64,000 nucleotides of DNA from a virus (taxonomy: Duplodnaviria; Caudoviricetes): IMG/VR virus record IMGVR_UViG_2785511464_000001, positions 31,771 through 95,770 of that record; one strand, given 5' to 3'. Position numbers and translations under genes: made by a program. The notes beneath the pieces are model-generated. The model had not been told where the DNA came from. It worked only from the letters and a program-made list of their open reading frames with translations, and searched no databases. Of the stretch, positions 59,212 through 64,000 are shown piece after piece. Position 1 is the first letter of the stretch; every line of letters begins with the position of its first letter.

Positions 59212-59293
59212 CGAAATTAATTGCACTTTCGACTGGACGCCATGCACCCATTTGGTAGTATGGATTGTACCAATGAGCCAAGGAGGGCTAGAC

Positions 59294-61713
59294 ATGAGTG
59301 CATTTCAGAGCGATGTTTATCAGGCATTCCGATCCGTAGAAGTCCCGGAGGATAAAGCCTTGAAAGCAGCAGAAGCCTTGAGCGTACGCGACAAGGACGT
59401 CAACGATCTCAAGCACGACGTATCCGTCGTCAAGTGGATGGTGGGCTTCGTACTTGCCATGCAGCTGGCAGTTTTCTTGAAGGCATTCATTCCCTTCTGA
59501 TTTTCTTTGGCCGGGGCTGTGCAGTTAATTGCACGGCCCTCGCTACACGCAACACTCAGGCAGGAGAGAAAGATGCCGAAGCTGAGAAACGGTTCGAGCG
59601 AGATTGGCAAGTTCACGCAGTGGCTGGGCCGCAAGTGCCGCAACCACAATCCTCTCGAAGAGCTGTCCCTGAAAAAGAGACGTGACGGGTCCGGCGTCTT
59701 CCTGACCCGCAAGGGCAAGACGGCGCAGGTCGGTGCGGTGGCAAAGGTGCCAGATCGCTACAAGGCGCGGTCCAAGGGCAACATGTCCGTCCTGGAGGAG
59801 GATGACGGCGTGCTGCTCTACGAGTTTGGCGAGCGCTGCTTCGAGATCACCGTTCGAGAAGTCGAGCCCGAAGAGTATGCCGAGAAGGCGAGGGTTGCGG
59901 TCGGTTACTGACCGCCCACGGAAGGCTGGATGACTGTTTCCGGCTCCGGTTTCACAAGACGGCCTTTGAAAATGTCCAGCAGAAACCGGGCACCTGCCAA
60001 GGAGGGCACCATGAAGAGAGAAGTCGTAGCGCCGACCGTCGAGAAGGACGAGAGCGGTATTCGCCCCGATGATACGATCAGCAGGCACCCTGCTTTTGGC
60101 GGGATCGTCGCGCACCGCATTTCTGGGCACCGAGCCCTCTTCGGCAGCGACTTCCGACACCGGCACTTCATGCGCGTCACGATCACGACGAGCGAACACG
60201 TACGCAGCCTGTCCGGTGATCGCTACCACGGCAGCCTGCGCTCGATCATTGCTGTCGATATGACGGAAGCGCAGTGGGCGGAGTTCATCAGCGCGCCGAA
60301 TATCGGAACCGGTGTGCCCTGCACAATCGATAGCTTCAACGGCGAGATGATGCCCCTTCTGCCTGACCCGGAGGACAAGCGGGACGTGTTTGGCCGGGAG
60401 GCGCGTAAAACGCTGGACGACGGGCTGCGCGAGCTCGATCAGGTCATGGAGATGCTTGCCGATACGAAGGGGCTGTCCAACGCGGCCCGCGAGCGGCTGA
60501 CGTCCCGGATCGATGCGGCCAAGCGCCAGCTCGGCCCGAACATCGACTACGTGGCCGAGCGGTTCGGCGAGCATATGGAGGAGACCGTAGCCAAGGCCCG
60601 GCAGGAAATCCACGGCCACATGGTTCGGCAGCTCACGGGTGGCGATCCTGACGCGAAGGCTCCTCTGGAACTACCGGCCCCTGAGCCGAAGACCAAGCCC
60701 GGCAAGATAAAGATCGTGAAGAAGGTGCCCAAGGGATGAAGCTCTTGCACGTCGCGACTGTCGCGATCCTTGCAGCTGTCGTGATCCTCGGGCAGGCCGC
60801 CCTGGTGAAGCTGGGTGAGCCCCAAGCCGTGTGGCTGTATTGCCGCATGTTGTCGTTCTGCAATTAATTGCAAAGGCAGGAGAAGAACGTGCCGATCATC
60901 ATCAAGAAGAGGGTGCTGAAGAAAAAGCCGGCCCCGGACGCGCTGGTGGAGCCCCGGCCTCAGAAGCCCGCAGCCAAGGCCCCGCCGCCGGCCACCGAGC
61001 GGACGCCCTTCGAGAAGCTTCCGGTCGCCGCGTCGGTGGAGGAGCTGTTTGCCAGCGGTGGCAAGATGCGCGCCCCGGCTCCGACCACCTGCAAGCTGTG
61101 CGGGCACCTGTACGGCTTCCCCTGCCACGGCGAGAAAGCCACCTGCATGAACGCGAAGTGGGCTCGGGCGCGCGGCAAGGAAGTGGCGGCGTAGTGCCGC
61201 CGGGGATTTATCTGACAGGGAGAAACCGATGTCCTTTTTTCAGCAGCTGGAAGGCGAGGCCGCCGTCGTCATAGAGAACGGCGTGTACAAGCAGGTCGAT
61301 CTGTACGCTCGTCACGGCAGGCTCTACGCCAAGGTGGCCGGCGGCTTCGTCAAGCTGATGGCGGATGGGTCCACCACCAAGGCCCGCATGCGCCTCGAAA
61401 CGCTCAGCTTCGACGGCGATTTGTACCGGGACAAGATGGGTCGCCTGATGGCGGGGCCGGGGGACGGCGCGATCAAGATCGATACCGACCGCGCTCTGCG
61501 GCTTCTGGGGAGCTCTCAATGAGATCGAACCTCGAAGACATCGACGTGTGTATGCACCACCAGACCCACTCTGCTGTGCTCGTAAGCGATGACGGCAACG
61601 AGGCGAATGCCGTCTGGATACCGAAGTCCATGTGCGAGCTGGAGCACAAGGGAGGGCGCTCCTGGGTGCTCACCGCCGAGCAGGGTTACCTCGAAGACAA
61701 GGGGCTGGTCTGA
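59294..61713 (+). CDS. Hypothetical genes (59294-59500, 59573-59911, 60011-60739, 60736-60867, 60889-61194, 61229-61522, 61519-61713)
   Basis: Co-oriented, with RBS or coupling; 59294-59500 is a coiled coil with C-terminal TM helix. Confidence 0.6.
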
Positions 61714-62108
61714 TGGCTATCGTGATCAAGCGCAGGGTGAAGGCTCCAAAGCCGCAGCCGGTCGTCTCCCGGAAGCAGGCACCCGAGCATCTGGATAGCA
61801 TGTGCCTCGGTGTCCTGGGGCAAAGTCCTGACGCAGCGATCCCGTGGTGGCTGATGGCGAGCTACCTCTACTACCACCACGACGTGTCCCTGTTGTCTGA
61901 CGGGCTCTACGACATGATAGCCAAAGCCATGCTTGAAGCGTGGCCAGAGCTGGAGCACGATCATAAGCATCTGATCACGGTCGATGACCTAAAGGCCGGC
62001 ACGCTCTTCCGGCTGACAGCCAAGGACTACCCCAACAGGACGAAGGCTGCAGCGGTCGGTCTTGTGGATAGCAACATGGGGCTATCCATCAAGTACATAC
62101 CAAGCTAG
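61713..62108 (+). CDS. Stand-alone NAD-dependent DNA ligase domain-Ia-like protein
   Basis: ASYLYYHHDVSLLSDGLYDMI matches the LigA Ia pattern YY..D...SD..YD; no adenylation domain. Confidence 0.6.
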   Translation: MAIVIKRRVKAPKPQPVVSRKQAPEHLDSMCLGVLGQSPDAAIPWWLMASYLYYHHDVSLLSDGLYDMIAKAMLEAWPELEHDHKHLITVDDLKAGTLFRLTAKDYPNRTKAAAVGLVDSNMGLSIKYIPS

Positions 62109-62138
62109 TGCAATTAATTTCAAAGAAGAGTTTGCGCG

Positions 62139-62342
62139 ATGCCGATCATTATCAAGAAAAAGCAGAGAGTTAATGTCGATCCTGTTGTTGATGACGGGGA
62201 GGATGAGCTTTTGGTCGAGGGGTACTCTGCTGCCCAATCAATCGAGATAGCCAACAAGGCGTTAGACGATCTCGTCATTTTTCTTGCAAAGAAGGCTGCG
62301 CGCGAGGATTATGAGCGGTCCACCAAGGAGACCCTACCGTGA
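62139..62342 (+). CDS. Small protein coupled to the recombinase (possible directionality factor)
   Basis: GTGA overlap with the recombinase start; function inferred from position only. Confidence 0.45.
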   Translation: MPIIIKKKQRVNVDPVVDDGEDELLVEGYSAAQSIEIANKALDDLVIFLAKKAAREDYERSTKETLP

Positions 62343-64000
62343 CCCGCGCAGCCATCTACGCACGCTTCTCGACGACATTGCAGTCCGACAGGTCAATCGA
62401 CGACCAAGTGACGCTCTGTAAAGCCTTCGCCATCCAGAACGGTTACGAGATCGTGGAGGTCTATTCGGACGCGGCCAAGTCGGGTGCTTCGATGCACAAC
62501 CGCGATGGCGTCCGAAGCCTGATGGCCGACGCCATGATGGGTCATTTCGAGGTGGTGATCGTCGAGGCTCTGGATCGCCTGTCCCGCGACATGGAAGACC
62601 TGGCCGGCATCAGCAAGCGACTGAAGTTCGCAGGCATCGATCTGGTCGGGGTTCATGATGGCGTTGCGAGTACCGTGACTGTCGGCCTGCGTGGACTGGT
62701 CGGGCAGCTCTTCCGTGAGGACAATGTGCTGAAGGTTCGGCGCGGAATGTCGGGTCGTGTGAAGCAGGGGCTGTCTGGTGGCGGGCAAGCTTACGGCTAT
62801 CGACCCGACCCCGCGAACAAGGGGCGGCAGCTGATCGTTGAAGATGAGGCCAACGTCGTCCGACGCATCTTCGAAGAGTACGCCGCCGGCTCCTCGCCCC
62901 GCTCCATCGCCCACGGCCTCAATCGCGACGGGATCACGCCTCCTCGGGGCAACAACTGGAACGCCTCGACGCTCAACGGGTCGGCACAGCGCGGCAATGG
63001 CATCCTGCATAACTCTCTCTATGTCGGAGAGCGCATCTGGAACCGGACCACGATGGTCAAAGACCCGGACACCGGGCGTCGGGTATCGCGGTCCAATCCC
63101 GAAAGCGAATGGGAGCGGGCTCAGGTGCCTGAGCTTCGCATCGTCAGTGACGAGCTCTGGGAGATCGCGCAGAAGCAACGCCGCTCTCCTCCGGGAACCC
63201 CGGCCAACTACCACAAGAGACCGAAGCGCCTTCTGTCCGGCCTGCTGAAGTGCGGCAGCTGCGGTTCGGGTCTGGCCGCCATGGGCAAGGACAAGTCGGG
63301 CCGGGTGCGTATCCGATGCTCGGCGTCCCGCGAGAGCGACACGTGTCCGAACCCGAGGACGTTTTACCTCGACCGGATCGAACGGTCGGTGGTCTCGGTC
63401 GTGCAGCAATTCCTCCGCAAGCCCGAACGCCTGGCCCTGTTCATCAAGACCTACCAAGAGGAGCAGGCCCGTCTCGTGAATGAGAGGCGGTCCCAGCGCG
63501 GCGTCTATGAGCGTGAGCTGGATAGGGTCGTGGCGAAGATCGACAAGATCGTGATGCAGATCGCAGACGACATCATCGACCCCGAGGATGCCCGCGCCGC
63601 AATGCAGAAGCTTCGCCCCCGGCGCAAGGAGCTTCAGGAACTGCTGGCTGACACCCCGGAGCTGCCGCCGGTCATCACGGTGCACCCGGTCGCGGCGCAG
63701 CTGTTCGAAGAAAAAGTCACGGACCTGCAGAAAGAGATGGAAGCAGGGGAGATCGATCCGCTATCGCTTGGCGCGCAGCTGCTGCGGGAGCTTCTGGTGA
63801 AGGTGGTGGTCTACAAGGACGATAAGACGGGCCGCGTAGAGGTTACGATCCACGGACACCTGAATATGCTGCTACACCAAGAGTCCCAAAAGCCCGGAAA
63901 AGGTGGGGTTCCAGCACAGAAAGTTGCTGGTGTGGGGTCCGGTGGTAGCGGAGGAGGGATTCGAACCCCCGACACAAGGATTATGATTCCTCTGCTCTAA
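62339..64000 (+). CDS. Large serine recombinase (integrase)
   Basis: AIYARFST..Q...SI..Q, DRLSR, YGY, recombinase domain, LLSGLLKCGSCG Zn ribbon, coiled coil. Confidence 0.93.
   Translation: MTRAAIYARFSTTLQSDRSIDDQVTLCKAFAIQNGYEIVEVYSDAAKSGASMHNRDGVRSLMADAMMGHFEVVIVEALDRLSRDMEDLAGISKRLKFAGIDLVGVHDGVASTVTVGLRGLVGQLFREDNVLKVRRGMSGRVKQGLSGGGQAYGYRPDPANKGRQLIVEDEANVVRRIFEEYAAGSSPRSIAHGLNRDGITPPRGNNWNASTLNGSAQRGNGILHNSLYVGERIWNRTTMVKDPDTGRRVSRSNPESEWERAQVPELRIVSDELWEIAQKQRRSPPGTPANYHKRPKRLLSGLLKCGSCGSGLAAMGKDKSGRVRIRCSASRESDTCPNPRTFYLDRIERSVVSVVQQFLRKPERLALFIKTYQEEQARLVNERRSQRGVYERELDRVVAKIDKIVMQIADDIIDPEDARAAMQKLRPRRKELQELLADTPELPPVITVHPVAAQLFEEKVTDLQKEMEAGEIDPLSLGAQLLRELLVKVVVYKDDKTGRVEVTIHGHLNMLLHQESQKPGKGGVPAQKVAGVGSGGSGGGIRTPDTRIMIPLL
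63943..64000 (-). tRNA. tRNA-Met(CAT) 3' portion, probable att site (cut by window edge)
   Basis: Reverse complement TTAGAGCAGAGGAATCATAATCCTTGTGTCGGGGGTTCGAATCCCTCCTCCGCTACCA: CAT anticodon, TTCGAAT T-loop, CCA end. Confidence 0.9.

Larger units (their letters stand above)
1453..62122. repeat. Dispersed 14-bp palindrome TG(C/A)AATTAATT(G/T)CA, 38 copies counted
   Basis: Starts: 1453,2200,3204,8034,12007,16140,23417,23532,25542,26833,27565,28702,30652,32843,33792,35668,39140,39163,41109,42041,44765,46237,47318,47613,47656,49638,51258,53017,53890,54660,56326,56762,58326,58449,59212,59520,60859,62109. Confidence 0.97.
1..64000 (+). mobile_element. Temperate phage/prophage (partial), right end at tRNA-Met
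   Basis: Tail, lysis, replication and integrase modules; no host housekeeping genes seen. Confidence 0.92.

Noticed and set aside
8031-60868. Many listed ORFs starting MQLIA or containing AINC
   Set aside because: Artefacts of TTG/GTG/ATG at the palindrome edge; real starts are downstream with an RBS
1453-62122. Palindrome array as CRISPR or integron attC sites
   Set aside because: Only 14 bp, irregular spacing from 23 bp to about 7 kb, no constant-length spacers, no cas1/cas2 or IntI, no attC R/L structure

Overview
GC-rich temperate siphophage/prophage segment from an alphaproteobacterial host (inferred from the GTA-like tail tip genes, a GcrA homolog and the tRNA-Met sequence). Nearly all genes are on the + strand. 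Order: end of a head-fibre-like gene, tail tube, -1 frameshifted tail chaperones, tape measure, GTA-type distal tail/hub/NlpC-P60/megatron, fibres, lysis (GH19, spanins, holin), replication/recombination (AAA+, wHTH initiator with iterons, DnaB, RNase H, primase, SSB, SF2 helicase, RecA, Cas4-like, RuvC-like), a long array of small accessory genes, and a large serine recombinase that runs into a minus-strand tRNA-Met 3' end (probable att site) at the window edge. The main unexplained signal is an AT-rich 14-bp palindrome, TG(C/A)AATTAATT(G/T)CA, of which I counted 38 copies by eye. They lie mostly at gene junctions, sit exactly 8 bp upstream of a -35-like hexamer in six promoters, supply stop codons, and occur inside four genes. 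The best candidate binder is a family of three paralogous HTH/RHH-like proteins; the largest has histone-H1-like PAKK repeats and is preceded by the closest pair of boxes. All product calls come from motif recognition, not database searches.
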